The notes beneath the pieces were generated by a model that saw only the letters and a list, made by a program, of their open reading frames with translations, searched no databases and was not told the origin of the DNA. Of a DNA stretch of 52,295 nt, positions 1-7,785 are shown piece after piece. Both the position numbers and the translations under genes were made by a program. Each line of letters opens with the position of its first letter. Position 1 is the stretch's first letter. Source of the DNA: a virus; IMG/VR virus record IMGVR_UViG_3300003154_000003, positions 1-52,295 of that record, one strand, 5' to 3'.

Positions 1-22
1 AAATAATATTATTTTTCCCTAT
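1..22. repeat. Terminal direct repeat, identical to 52274-52295 (circular closure or terminal redundancy)
   Basis: aaataatattatttttccctat occurs at both window ends. The match cannot be followed further because the window stops there. Confidence 0.9.
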
Positions 23-68
23 AATATAATATATAGGGAAAATTTGGCTAAAATCTTCGAAAATATAT
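1..68. promoter_or_regulatory. Right part of the 80-bp concentric palindromic element L1 (origin-like); the left part is 52260-52295
   Basis: Inner arms are ttttccctat (13-22) and atagggaaaa (33-42). The outer arm tcttcgaaaatatat (54-68) is the reverse complement of 52260-52274. After joining the ends through the 22-nt overlap, both arm pairs share the symmetry centre 27.5. Confidence 0.6.
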
Positions 69-1900
69 TTTCCTTGTTTGAAAGTGAGTGCCTCTCTCAT
101 CATCTCTTCAAAGTCGCGGCATCGCTTTATTTCAGGACTTGTTATATTTTTTTCTGTAAATTCTAAACCTGTATCCTCAACTGTATAGTTTTCAGTAACC
201 TTTCGGCCGAAACCCCAAGCGGTAACCGCTTTACATTGTTTCTCATTGCAACCTATAGCAAAAACTAAAGAAGTTTCTTTGCCTCCGGGGTCCTTGACCC
301 TGCTCCATGCTTGCCATGTATCGCTATGGGTTGCCTCATCTCTTAAAGCGTCGCTTTCCTCTTTCGTTTCGCGGTATGCATCGAAAGCGTTAGCCGGTTT
401 TTCTGCGGCACCCACGGCAATCATAACCCGGCAAGAAGAAGAAACACCCATCATCGACGGCGCCTTATAATAGGTTACGGCGTGCGGGTGTTTGCAGTTC
501 TTAAGCCCGTCTTCTAATATTTTTGCTTCCCTTATCGAAAGTGTGATTATTACGCAATCCTCGTCTCCGTAGGTTTCTAAAATTTTTATGATTTTATATA
601 GTGTCTCCGTAGAGCGTTTATAAAAACTATTCTTACCCACGGATGAAAACTTTTTAGTATCAGCTAATATAAGCATTTTCTTATTGGTCTGCATCGGGTC
701 CCCACCATGTCCGAATAAAACATTTTTTATAACAGTTTTCGGCGCAAATAATCCATGATAGTCGTAACTACATATTGTTGCCGATGTTAAAAACATACGC
801 CTATCCTCTCGCTTTTGTGCTTTCTTCATAAATTTGCTTATCATGTCCGTAAACATTTTATCGACGGCCACAATAGAAACTTTTATTTCTCCATACTCCG
901 GCACCGCATGGATATTGATAAATTCCGATGACATTATAGCAAGCATTTTGTAAAGTTTTAATACCTCATCGAGTGATAAATCATATTTCCGCCTGACCAC
1001 GGTTAACTCTATCAACTCGTTATAAGTAGCCACGATTTCCCTTTCGGTAATATCGCTATAATTATTTTTAAAAGTCTTTGATAGCTTATGCTTAAAAAAT
1101 TCCCGGTCTTTGCTATCTAAATATACCATCATAACCCCGTTTTTTATTTCCCCCTCATCTAATAGCATCCCGTAATCTGCTATTATTTTACGCAGTTGTG
1201 GAAAGTCCTGTGTAATCCTTAGATAATTAGTAAGGTTAACCCACTTTGCCCCATCGGCCGCGGCATCATTGTAAACCACCATCCCCGCACCCCGGCCATA
1301 TTGTATTTCATGCACTTCATCAAAAATTATATTTTTAACACCCATTATCTTATTTAAAATCCTTTCGGCCGTGGTGTTCGGTCGGCTATGGGCTGCAAGC
1401 TGCAAAGCTACAAGTTTCTGATAAGTAATAACAATGCCCCGGTAATCGTTACAATGTAATATCTGTGTTACCGGACAGCTATAATAATGCTCGCAATCCG
1501 CGCACTTTTCGGCAAGTGGCAGTATAGGCAATTGTGCCAACTCGGGCCATTGGTGACACTTTTCTTCATTCAGTAAGCACCTATGATTTGAAGGTATGTG
1601 AATTATAACCCCGTCCGGGTTGTCCGAATACTTCCGCGCCTCTTTTATAATAGTATCGTCGGCAATCGCGTTAGTAGGCACAACGGCTAAAAATTTTTCT
1701 TTTCTGTTCATTGATTCCGCAATTAATGCGGTAGTAGCCCCGGCCCTTGTTGTTTTATAAGTACTCGCAATTCCACCCTTTATATTCTCATAGATAGACC
1801 ACGCCACTAATAACCGCGGGTCGCGCGTAATCTGACCTAATTCTATTTGAACCGTCTGTAATTGCCTCCTTATTACAGATGTACTGATAACTATATAAGC
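1..1900 (-). CDS. SF2 helicase, XPD/DinG-like with a Cys cluster; 5-prime part of an ORF that leaves the window at nt 1 and continues at 52273
   Basis: My own block-by-block translation shows the minus frame (codon starts = 1 mod 3) open from the TAA at 1903-1901 to nt 1. Motifs read: YKTTRAGATTAL (degenerate motif I), HRCLLNEEKC...EKCADCEHYYSCP (Cys cluster between motifs I and II), FDEVHE (motif II), LTSAT (motif III), WQAWSRVKD (motif VI-like). The start is unclear; the first canonical start is GTG at 1807. Confidence 0.7.
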
Positions 1901-1928
1901 TTATCACTCGATATGTAGCCAGTGAACT

Positions 1929-2225
1929 TTAAAACCTTTTCGTTTGCGCTTTATAAACTTTCTTATGTCCGTTCTCATATAACCGCCTTGTCTTTTCCGC
2001 CTTTCTTTCCTTCCGGGCACGGTCATTCAACTGCTTTTCTATGTGCTGCCATGATAACTCTGTAAGTTCTTTTGCATCAATGTCAATGAACTCTTCACAT
2101 ATCTGTATAAGGCTGTTTTGGGTTACCTCTGCCACGGGCTGAAACGCGCCAGTATTTCTTATAATTGCCTCATTTAATTCTTTATAAATTTCTATCAGGA
2201 CTTGATAAGGTGTTTCGTCGGTCAT
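1929..2225 (-). CDS. hypothetical protein, 98 aa, basic C-terminus
   Basis: Track ORF on the universal coding strand. Its ATG overlaps the stop of the small upstream ORF (ATGA). Confidence 0.55.
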   Translation of the reverse strand: MTDETPYQVLIEIYKELNEAIIRNTGAFQPVAEVTQNSLIQICEEFIDIDAKELTELSWQHIEKQLNDRARKERKAEKTRRLYENGHKKVYKAQTKRF

Positions 2226-2353
2226 ATAATCCCCATTTCTTTTTTTACAATGTTCGGCAGCCCTTCAACATCTTCAATAAACTGCTTTCCCATCTCTTCC
2301 AGTTCCCGGGCATCCGATAACTTCCGCAAAATCTTATTTATTTTTATTCTCAT
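2222..2353 (-). CDS. hypothetical small protein, 43 aa
   Basis: My own translation gives MRIKINKILRKLSDARELEEMGKQFIEDVEGLPNIVKKEMGII. It fills the gap between two track ORFs and its stop overlaps the next ATG. Confidence 0.35.
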   Translation of the reverse strand: MRIKINKILRKLSDARELEEMGKQFIEDVEGLPNIVKKEMGII

Positions 2354-2372
2354 GCTCCCGCATCCATTCCCG

Positions 2373-2627
2373 TTAATGTTTTTTCTCCAATTCGTCTACT
2401 GCATAGTATATTGACCGTCTTAAAGAATCTATACCATCTCTAAACGTTTTAGAAAATTCTTTTTCATGTTCGTTCGCCCTAGATAATTCACATGATATAG
2501 AAAATAATTTGTCACCAATTATATAAAGTTCATTGAGTTTATAAACAATAATCCACAATCCTATAGCAATTGATAATATTATTGTTTCCGTGATAAGTAA
2601 AATAATAGCTACATCCACGTTTACCAT
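2373..2627 (-). CDS. small membrane protein, 84 aa, N-terminal TM helix
   Basis: Track ORF with the hydrophobic stretch VAIILLITETIILSIAIGLWIIVY. It is the first gene after promoter-like element A1. Confidence 0.55.
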   Translation of the reverse strand: MVNVDVAIILLITETIILSIAIGLWIIVYKLNELYIIGDKLFSISCELSRANEHEKEFSKTFRDGIDSLRRSIYYAVDELEKKH

Positions 2628-2643
2628 TTATTGAGCCCCGCAT

Positions 2644-2715
2644 ATCATTTCAATTTAAAGCCACTTTTTAAGCCCGTGGCGAGGTCAGTATATAAAGGGT
2701 GGTGTATTCATATTA
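2644..2715 (-). promoter_or_regulatory. Conserved promoter/leader element A, copy 1
   Basis: This is a roughly 72-bp block nearly identical to 10354-10425 and 39908-39979, and partly to 27531-27594. On the minus strand it carries TTTATATA (2696-2689), a T6 run just upstream (2728-2723), and a conserved ATG 41 nt downstream (2648). Confidence 0.6.
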
Positions 2716-2777
2716 CCCCCACAAAAAACTCGCAGAATCGGGCCGTTTCCGTCAATCTGGCATGGGTTTACAGCATG

Positions 2778-2969
2778 TTACCGCAAAGCTTCCAAAACCT
2801 CCGCGACCATTTCCGCCCGGTCCGACCACGCGGATATTAATATTTTATACACTTCGTTAAATTTTTCAGCTCTTATCTTAAGCGATAAGAGCATAAAAAC
2901 AAGATAAATGTTCCGTCTTCTTTCCCGCTCAAAGGGTTTGTTAATTAGCTTCACAATTGTGAATAGCAT
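2778..2969 (-). CDS. hypothetical protein, 63 aa
   Basis: Track ORF on the coding strand; last ORF before the T-run and element A1. Confidence 0.4.
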   Translation of the reverse strand: MLFTIVKLINKPFERERRRNIYLVFMLLSLKIRAEKFNEVYKILISAWSDRAEMVAEVLEALR

Positions 2970-2987
2970 ACATCCCCCTCGAGCCGG

Positions 2988-3281
2988 TCACGGTTCCGGC
3001 TCGTCCCCCTCGTCTTCCTCAACCTCTGCAAAGTACATAAGTATAAGGTCAACTTTTTCATTAAGTTCCTCGATAGCCTTTTCAATTACCCGCAACCGCT
3101 CCGCGCATGTCTTTTTCTTCGGCACGTATGGTTTTATCGGGCCCGGTTTTACTGGCTGTACTACTGGCTCGGGCACACTGTCCCCGCCGCCTGTCACATC
3201 GTCCGGCAATGGTCCGGGCATTGGTTCACCTTTCTTATATCCTGTTAGGTATTCGTCGCACATGTTTAATCCTCCGTTCAT
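2988..3281 (-). CDS. hypothetical protein, Pro-rich centre and acidic C-terminus
   Basis: Track ORF 2988-3323. The internal ATG at 3281 overlaps the stop of the upstream 42-aa ORF (ATGA), so I prefer it as the start. Confidence 0.5.
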   Translation of the reverse strand: MNGGLNMCDEYLTGYKKGEPMPGPLPDDVTGGGDSVPEPVVQPVKPGPIKPYVPKKKTCAERLRVIEKAIEELNEKVDLILMYFAEVEEDEGDEPEP

Positions 3282-3406
3282 GCCGGGCACCCGCACGGCA
3301 TGGCTTTCTTTCCGTTTCTCCAATCGCTTAGAGCGTCTTCTATTTCCTGCCTTAGTTCCCTGCGTAGTTCTTCGCTGGCCGGTACTTTTTTCCTGCTACC
3401 CATCAT
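3278..3406 (-). CDS. hypothetical small protein, 42 aa
   Basis: My own translation gives MMGSRKKVPASEELRRELRQEIEDALSDWRNGKKAMPCGCPA. A GGGTGAG sits just upstream, and TTTTTATAT lies about 25 nt upstream of the ATG. Confidence 0.35.
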   Translation of the reverse strand: MMGSRKKVPASEELRRELRQEIEDALSDWRNGKKAMPCGCPA

Positions 3407-3542
3407 CTCACCCATCCACAATATAAAAATTTTAGATATCTATATGGAACCTGACACCAAAACCATAATTTTAAGAATATAGGCATTGAACCATATCCCA
3501 TATATTTTTTAGATTCCAGTATAAAACAAAATTCTGGCATTG

Positions 3543-3902
3543 TTAACCCTCGTCAATCACATATTCTTCATCCTGCACAACGGCGGGTTTATCTTCGGAA
3601 GTGTATAATATGAACTTACCCAAAACATAATCATAGGTAATTAATCCTTCCTGCACAATGTATATTAACCCGGTGTGCTTCATGAACGGGATTTGAGCGT
3701 CGAACTCGCGTATTATATCCGCGTCGGTTTCTCCGGCTTCCCGCATGGCATCCAGAATAATATTTAAATCTTTCACATCTTCCGCAGTATTAATAAGTCC
3801 GACCATACCGAACTTAATGTTTTTTCGCGTTTCCTCAAGCTGGCTATATGCGTTTCCCATAGCATTCGCCAGCGCTTCAAGTTTTTTATCAAGTTCTTTC
3901 AC
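3543..3902 (-). CDS. hypothetical protein, 119 aa
   Basis: Track ORF on the coding strand; no motif recognised. Confidence 0.5.
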   Translation of the reverse strand: MKELDKKLEALANAMGNAYSQLEETRKNIKFGMVGLINTAEDVKDLNIILDAMREAGETDADIIREFDAQIPFMKHTGLIYIVQEGLITYDYVLGKFILYTSEDKPAVVQDEEYVIDEG

Positions 3903-3953
3903 TCGTTCACCCTCTTAGTAGACTGCATGAAAAGGTTATTCATATCCGCACGC

Positions 3954-4202
3954 TTAATCTTTTTGATTTTTTTCTCTTTGTCTGGCTTCATCTCTGATTT
4001 GCTCCAATACTCGCCTTATTTCTTTCAATTGTGTATCTATTTTTTCATATTCTTTATTGAAATAATTAACAATGGCCGTTAAGTCCGGGGTTAAAACAGA
4101 CATGTCCGACGCCGATAAGGGCGCGGATAGAAGCACCGGGTCCGCATCTATAATATATTTATCGGGTTTGGTTTTTTTCTTAATCATGTTCTCAATCCTC
4201 AA
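3954..4202 (-). CDS. hypothetical protein, 82 aa, coiled-coil-like
   Basis: Track ORF on the coding strand; abuts its neighbours. Confidence 0.45.
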   Translation of the reverse strand: MRIENMIKKKTKPDKYIIDADPVLLSAPLSASDMSVLTPDLTAIVNYFNKEYEKIDTQLKEIRRVLEQIRDEARQREKNQKD

Positions 4203-4410
4203 ACCCCATCTGATAGCCGAACGGGTCCGGCGTCGGGTCCGGGTCCAATTCTATAAGGGTGGTGTCGCTGATTGGTATCGGCCTAGTATACGCTTTCATT
4301 CGTTCCAGTTCGTCCGATAACCTTTTTAACTCGCCCATAATTTTTATAAGCTTTTCCTCGATAAAATCAAGTCTATCCCCAACGCTCCGCCTATAAATAA
4401 CCTTATTCAT
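4192..4410 (-). CDS. hypothetical protein, 72 aa
   Basis: Track ORF; short overlaps with both neighbours suggest coupled translation. Confidence 0.45.
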   Translation of the reverse strand: MNKVIYRRSVGDRLDFIEEKLIKIMGELKRLSDELERMKAYTRPIPISDTTLIELDPDPTPDPFGYQMGFED

Positions 4411-4733
4411 CTGTTGCCCCCTTTCATATATTCACATTTGGCCTGATAGACCAAACCAGAAATATAAGCATAAATCATCAATTTTTCAAAAACCGTTGTT
4501 TCTTCATCTTTCAAAAGTTCTTTTATGGCTATGGTAACCGGGCCGCCCCGGATAATAAATTTATCAGCTAACCGCAACGCGTTATTTAAAACGTCGCCGA
4601 AAGCCCGGTCGGGCTGCACCATTCCCCGGATACTTTCAGTGTATCCCAAAGGATTCTTGGATGATGGCCATAAATAATTTGGCATGTCTGGCATTTCTAT
4701 AACCAGTACCTCATTATCTTTTAGCTTCCCCAT
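4407..4733 (-). CDS. hypothetical protein, 108 aa
   Basis: Track ORF on the coding strand. Confidence 0.5.
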   Translation of the reverse strand: MGKLKDNEVLVIEMPDMPNYLWPSSKNPLGYTESIRGMVQPDRAFGDVLNNALRLADKFIIRGGPVTIAIKELLKDEETTVFEKLMIYAYISGLVYQAKCEYMKGGNR

Positions 4734-4765
4734 ATTTAAAACATGGGTACCGGATTATATAAATC

Positions 4766-4984
4766 TTACGCGCCGAACAATTCTATATCATCGTGTGTAC
4801 TGGCTGTAAGTTTTCTTACAATGTAATCCATTGCGACTTTCGCTTCGCAGTATTCACCGGGGACCACTTCCAGCGGGCACCCACTGCACCCGGTTAGACT
4901 GCAAGCCATTGTGATTACTTGCAAAGCTTTATGTTTCTCGCTTCGGCTCATTAGGTCTATATCTTCCTTTGTTGGCATTTGCAT
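4766..4984 (-). CDS. hypothetical Cys-containing protein, 72 aa
   Basis: Track ORF 4766-5149, trimmed to the ATG at 4984 (MQMPTKEDIDL...). That ATG directly follows the stop of 4986-5285. The longer version overlaps that ORF by 164 nt. Confidence 0.45.
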   Translation of the reverse strand: MQMPTKEDIDLMSRSEKHKALQVITMACSLTGCSGCPLEVVPGEYCEAKVAMDYIVRKLTASTHDDIELFGA

Positions 4985-4985
4985 A

Positions 4986-5285
4986 CTATTTGTTCCCCCC
5001 GTCGTCGATATCATCCGGCATAACTGACATATCCCGGTATACTGCACTTTTGATAAGATAATAATTTTCAAACCGTGGCATCCATTTTTTACGGCTTCCG
5101 TTATCCGGCGCTTCCCCGAATATTTCCACATACATATGTTGCCCGGCACTGGCTCGGTTGATTGCCATAACTTGCGCTCTCTGTCTCCCGATTAATATAA
5201 CATCTCCTATATTAATCATGGAGCCGGGCACAATTTTAATGGTCGCCTCCGTCACATAGGAATACTTATATACTGGTTCCGTCAT
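4986..5285 (-). CDS. hypothetical protein, 99 aa
   Basis: Track ORF on the coding strand. Confidence 0.5.
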   Translation of the reverse strand: MTEPVYKYSYVTEATIKIVPGSMINIGDVILIGRQRAQVMAINRASAGQHMYVEIFGEAPDNGSRKKWMPRFENYYLIKSAVYRDMSVMPDDIDDGGNK

Positions 5286-5300
5286 GTTTTATTGCCCCCA

Positions 5301-5621
5301 TCACTTTTTAGCTGTTCGTTTTCCTTTAGTGGTATATATAGTTTTCTTCGGTTCCACCGGCGCCGGTTTTTGTTCGATAATCTCCCCGACTTTAAGGGTT
5401 TCATATGGTATAGGCGGATACTGTTTTAATCCGCAATCGTTGCGCTCGGTGTCCCACATCTGGCAAATTTCCTGCCGACATTTCGCAAAAGGTGAACGGA
5501 TAAAAGGACATTCTTTAACATCCCGTTCCAATCTGCCATGTACAAACTCCTTAAGCGTTTCGTTGTCGTCATCGTCCCCGGGATACTCGTCTGTAACCAT
5601 TCCCATAATTAACACTTCCAA
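5301..5621 (-). CDS. hypothetical Cys-rich protein, 106 aa
   Basis: Track ORF containing ECPFIRSPFAKCRQEICQMWDTERNDCG. Confidence 0.5.
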   Translation of the reverse strand: MEVLIMGMVTDEYPGDDDDNETLKEFVHGRLERDVKECPFIRSPFAKCRQEICQMWDTERNDCGLKQYPPIPYETLKVGEIIEQKPAPVEPKKTIYTTKGKRTAKK

Positions 5622-5833
5622 TTAAAGTTTATGTTGTCATCGTCGATTACTGCAACCCCGACGGTTAGCCGGTCGGCTATAAAGGCAAGCACGAAAAAGT
5701 CTGTCCCCTCTGGCAACATGACATAAATTAGATGTGTTCCTGTGGCAACCATTCCCCGGCCGTGGTCGTCGTCCTCATACTTAGCATCCCAATAAGATTG
5801 ATTATACTCTTCGTGTCTCTCAATTGTTATCAT
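5609..5833 (-). CDS. hypothetical protein, 74 aa
   Basis: Track ORF on the coding strand. Confidence 0.45.
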   Translation of the reverse strand: MITIERHEEYNQSYWDAKYEDDDHGRGMVATGTHLIYVMLPEGTDFFVLAFIADRLTVGVAVIDDDNINFNWKC

Positions 5834-5845
5834 CTGATTGCCTCC

Positions 5846-6073
5846 TTAAATAATTTCAAAAGAAATGTCCTCCATTCCCAAATCGCCTGTACCTTCCTTA
5901 AGGTCCTGCTGCTGTTCAACATACAGCATTATTTCCTCAAAAGTAATATCGGCTGTATAAAAACGATAAAATTCTTCATATAGTCTGGCAAGTTCGGTTT
6001 CCCCACATTTTTGTAATGTTGAAATGTGGTCTTCGACAACTTTGTTGTTAAGTTCTATGTCAACGTATAGCAT
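5846..6073 (-). CDS. hypothetical acidic protein, 75 aa
   Basis: Track ORF on the coding strand. Confidence 0.45.
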   Translation of the reverse strand: MLYVDIELNNKVVEDHISTLQKCGETELARLYEEFYRFYTADITFEEIMLYVEQQQDLKEGTGDLGMEDISFEII

Positions 6074-6100
6074 GGTTTAATTCCTTCTATGTAGCTAATG

Positions 6101-6295
6101 TTATATAATCCTTTTCCTTAGAACGCTTCCAAGCCTCAAAACGCCGGTGACTTCCTGCAATGGCTCATATATATAGAAGCGCCGCACCTCTCTATAAATC
6201 CTTAGTTCCTCGCTCATTCCGCACATGCTAAAAGCTTTTGTAGCATCTGCATAATACATAAAGTTTACAACGGTTTGCGCTGTTCTCATATCCAC
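6101..6295 (-). CDS. hypothetical protein, 64 aa
   Basis: Track ORF on the coding strand. Confidence 0.4.
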   Translation of the reverse strand: MDMRTAQTVVNFMYYADATKAFSMCGMSEELRIYREVRRFYIYEPLQEVTGVLRLGSVLRKRII

Positions 6296-6540
6296 CCCTC
6301 TAATGTAGTTTTAACCCCTACTTCTTTACATGCTGATTTAGGCACCCATGCACAAAGTCCGTCCGTAAATCGGAATAAGTGGGCTTTGTCTGTGCTATGC
6401 TCAATAGTTGCCACATGCCCGGTTATCCCCGTCCCATCAAATACCCACGATTCCACGGAATAATATTTTTTATGTTCAGTGTCGTGAATTTTTACACGGG
6501 CCGGGGCTTCATTTATTCGCCCCCTCTGGCATATCTTCAA
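6286..6540 (-). CDS. hypothetical protein, 84 aa (TTG start)
   Basis: Track ORF; GGGGTGGTG lies 5 nt upstream of the TTG. Confidence 0.4.
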   Translation of the reverse strand: MKICQRGRINEAPARVKIHDTEHKKYYSVESWVFDGTGITGHVATIEHSTDKAHLFRFTDGLCAWVPKSACKEVGVKTTLEGWI

Positions 6541-6679
6541 GCGGACACCACCCCGGGATTTTTAACCGGTCATCAATATAATTGTGCGTGACCCCACATT
6601 CACAATAATTTGACACGTTGCCCTTGATAAAATCCAAATACGGGCATTGCCCGCAACTTATAACTTTAATAATTTTCAT
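6509..6679 (-). CDS. small Cys-rich protein, 56 aa (Zn-ribbon-like)
   Basis: My own translation gives MKIIKVISCGQCPYLDFIKGNVSNYCECGVTHNYIDDRLKIPGWCPLEDMPEGANK. It is below the track size cutoff. Confidence 0.4.
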   Translation of the reverse strand: MKIIKVISCGQCPYLDFIKGNVSNYCECGVTHNYIDDRLKIPGWCPLEDMPEGANK

Positions 6680-6817
6680 TTATTTAGTACCCCCGCGTGA
6701 AATGATATCCTCGTTTAACATGTGATAAATTTTTTCAACATGTACCGGGTTGGCCAGTGTTATATTTTTTCTTATAAATACAATCATTGGCTCGTCATCT
6801 GATATAACCATTAACAT
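6680..6817 (-). CDS. hypothetical small protein, 45 aa
   Basis: Track ORF 6680-6874, trimmed to the ATG at 6817. That ATG is preceded by GGAGG and removes the overlap with the ArdC-like gene. Confidence 0.35.
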   Translation of the reverse strand: MLMVISDDEPMIVFIRKNITLANPVHVEKIYHMLNEDIISRGGTK

Positions 6818-6821
6818 ATTT

Positions 6822-7730
6822 TTATTCCTCCACGTTATCGGTTTCGTCGTCATCATCCTTAACGGTGCAAGCACCGCGGGTTATGTACTCCGCGGCCTTT
6901 GCAGCCCTTCCGGCAGCCCAAACGATAAGCTTCTTATCGTTCTGTAACTTTTCAAGCCACCCAACAATATAAGCGCTGTTTATATCGAAAGTTTCTTCGG
7001 CAATCTCCGCGCCCATCATACCAAGCAGTATAGACGCGCCCATTTCGGCTACAAGTTCTTCGCGGCTGTATGATTCACTTGCGAAAACGTGGTCATCGCC
7101 GTCTATTGCAAAACGGTTTAGACGCTTTGGATGTCCGGTGCTGTGGGTCATTTCGTGAAACATGGCACTATAATATAGTTCCGGCTTTTCGAACTTGTTT
7201 ATTTCCGGCACATTAACCTTGTCCAAAACCTCGCAGTAGTAAGCACCATCATCATAGTGTGTTACTTCCTTAAGTTCCTTAGAGTACAGTTCAACCACAT
7301 TTTCACATTCCTTAATAAGTTCATGCTTAACTGTGCTCTGCTTGCTCTCAATCCCTTCAACCTGCGAGATGTGGAACACATAGTAATATCTAAGCATTGG
7401 AATCCTGACAACTTCCGGGTTTCCATCCTTATCCTTCTTATCGGTCTTCTTTTCAAGCATCTTGAAGTATGTTATAAGGTGTCCGTGCTCTCCCTTCTTA
7501 ACACTTCCTCCGGCCTGCTGTGCCTGCTTGAATGTCATGTATTCGCCACCACCCGGCAGCATGAATAGATTGATACCATGATAAGGCTTTTGTGTAACCC
7601 AATTAACGGGCATACCTTCCGTCCATGTTCTGCGCCACGGTATAACGCCCGTTTCCAAAGCCTTAATCATTCTCTCAGTGACGATTTGGTAAACGTCTAC
7701 CGCCTTGTTGTTGTTGGTCTTTGTTGTCAT
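6822..7730 (-). CDS. ardC: ArdC-like protein: N-terminal ssDNA-binding domain plus C-terminal zincin metalloprotease
   Basis: The N-terminus reads VIPWRRTW...NWVTQKPYHGINLFML, which matches the ArdC/DUF1738 pattern. The C-terminal half contains the HExxH motif FHEMTHSTGH. AGGAGG lies upstream of the ATG. Confidence 0.6.
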   Translation of the reverse strand: MTTKTNNNKAVDVYQIVTERMIKALETGVIPWRRTWTEGMPVNWVTQKPYHGINLFMLPGGGEYMTFKQAQQAGGSVKKGEHGHLITYFKMLEKKTDKKDKDGNPEVVRIPMLRYYYVFHISQVEGIESKQSTVKHELIKECENVVELYSKELKEVTHYDDGAYYCEVLDKVNVPEINKFEKPELYYSAMFHEMTHSTGHPKRLNRFAIDGDDHVFASESYSREELVAEMGASILLGMMGAEIAEETFDINSAYIVGWLEKLQNDKKLIVWAAGRAAKAAEYITRGACTVKDDDDETDNVEE

Positions 7731-7785
7731 AATACTTTGCCTCCTATTCGTTAGTTAGTAGTATGCACGGCAAAGTATAAATAGT
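7731..7785 (-). promoter_or_regulatory. Promoter-like element B, copy 1 (upstream of the ArdC-like gene)
   Basis: The minus strand reads CTATTTATA-N7-GTGCATACTACTAACTAAC, then GGAGGCAAAG and the ATG. The same arrangement with the same N7 spacing occurs at 44651-44686. Confidence 0.5.

Noticed and set aside
1-22. The 22-nt terminal repeat considered as a bona fide physical direct terminal repeat of a linear genome.
   Set aside because: This cannot be decided from sequence alone. The gene spanning the ends and the concentric palindrome argue for a circular or concatemeric replicative form. The repeat may simply be an assembly overlap.
2660-2680. Dyad GCCAC-N11-GTGGC inside element A considered as a conserved operator.
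   Set aside because: The arms are only 5 bp, and the last arm base differs among copies (gtggc, gtgga, gtggt). The dyad itself is not under clear constraint, so I kept it only as part of the conserved block.
2689-2715. Bacterial sigma-70 reading of element A (TATACT as the -10 box).
   Set aside because: At 17-nt spacing the -35 position reads TAATAT. The closest TTGACA-like hexamer (TGAATA) is only 12 nt away. Phage-specific sigma factors or activators cannot be excluded, so this remains the main alternative to the archaeal TATA-box interpretation.
4985-5149. N-terminal extensions of several track ORFs (4766-5149, 40444-40845, 40032-40385, 41436-41729, 43662-44033, 19171-19596, 47807-48079).
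   Set aside because: The extensions overlap the preceding gene or a micro-ORF in another frame and lack an SD. Internal starts with an SD, or with ATGA/TAA-ATG coupling, give non-overlapping and better-supported models.
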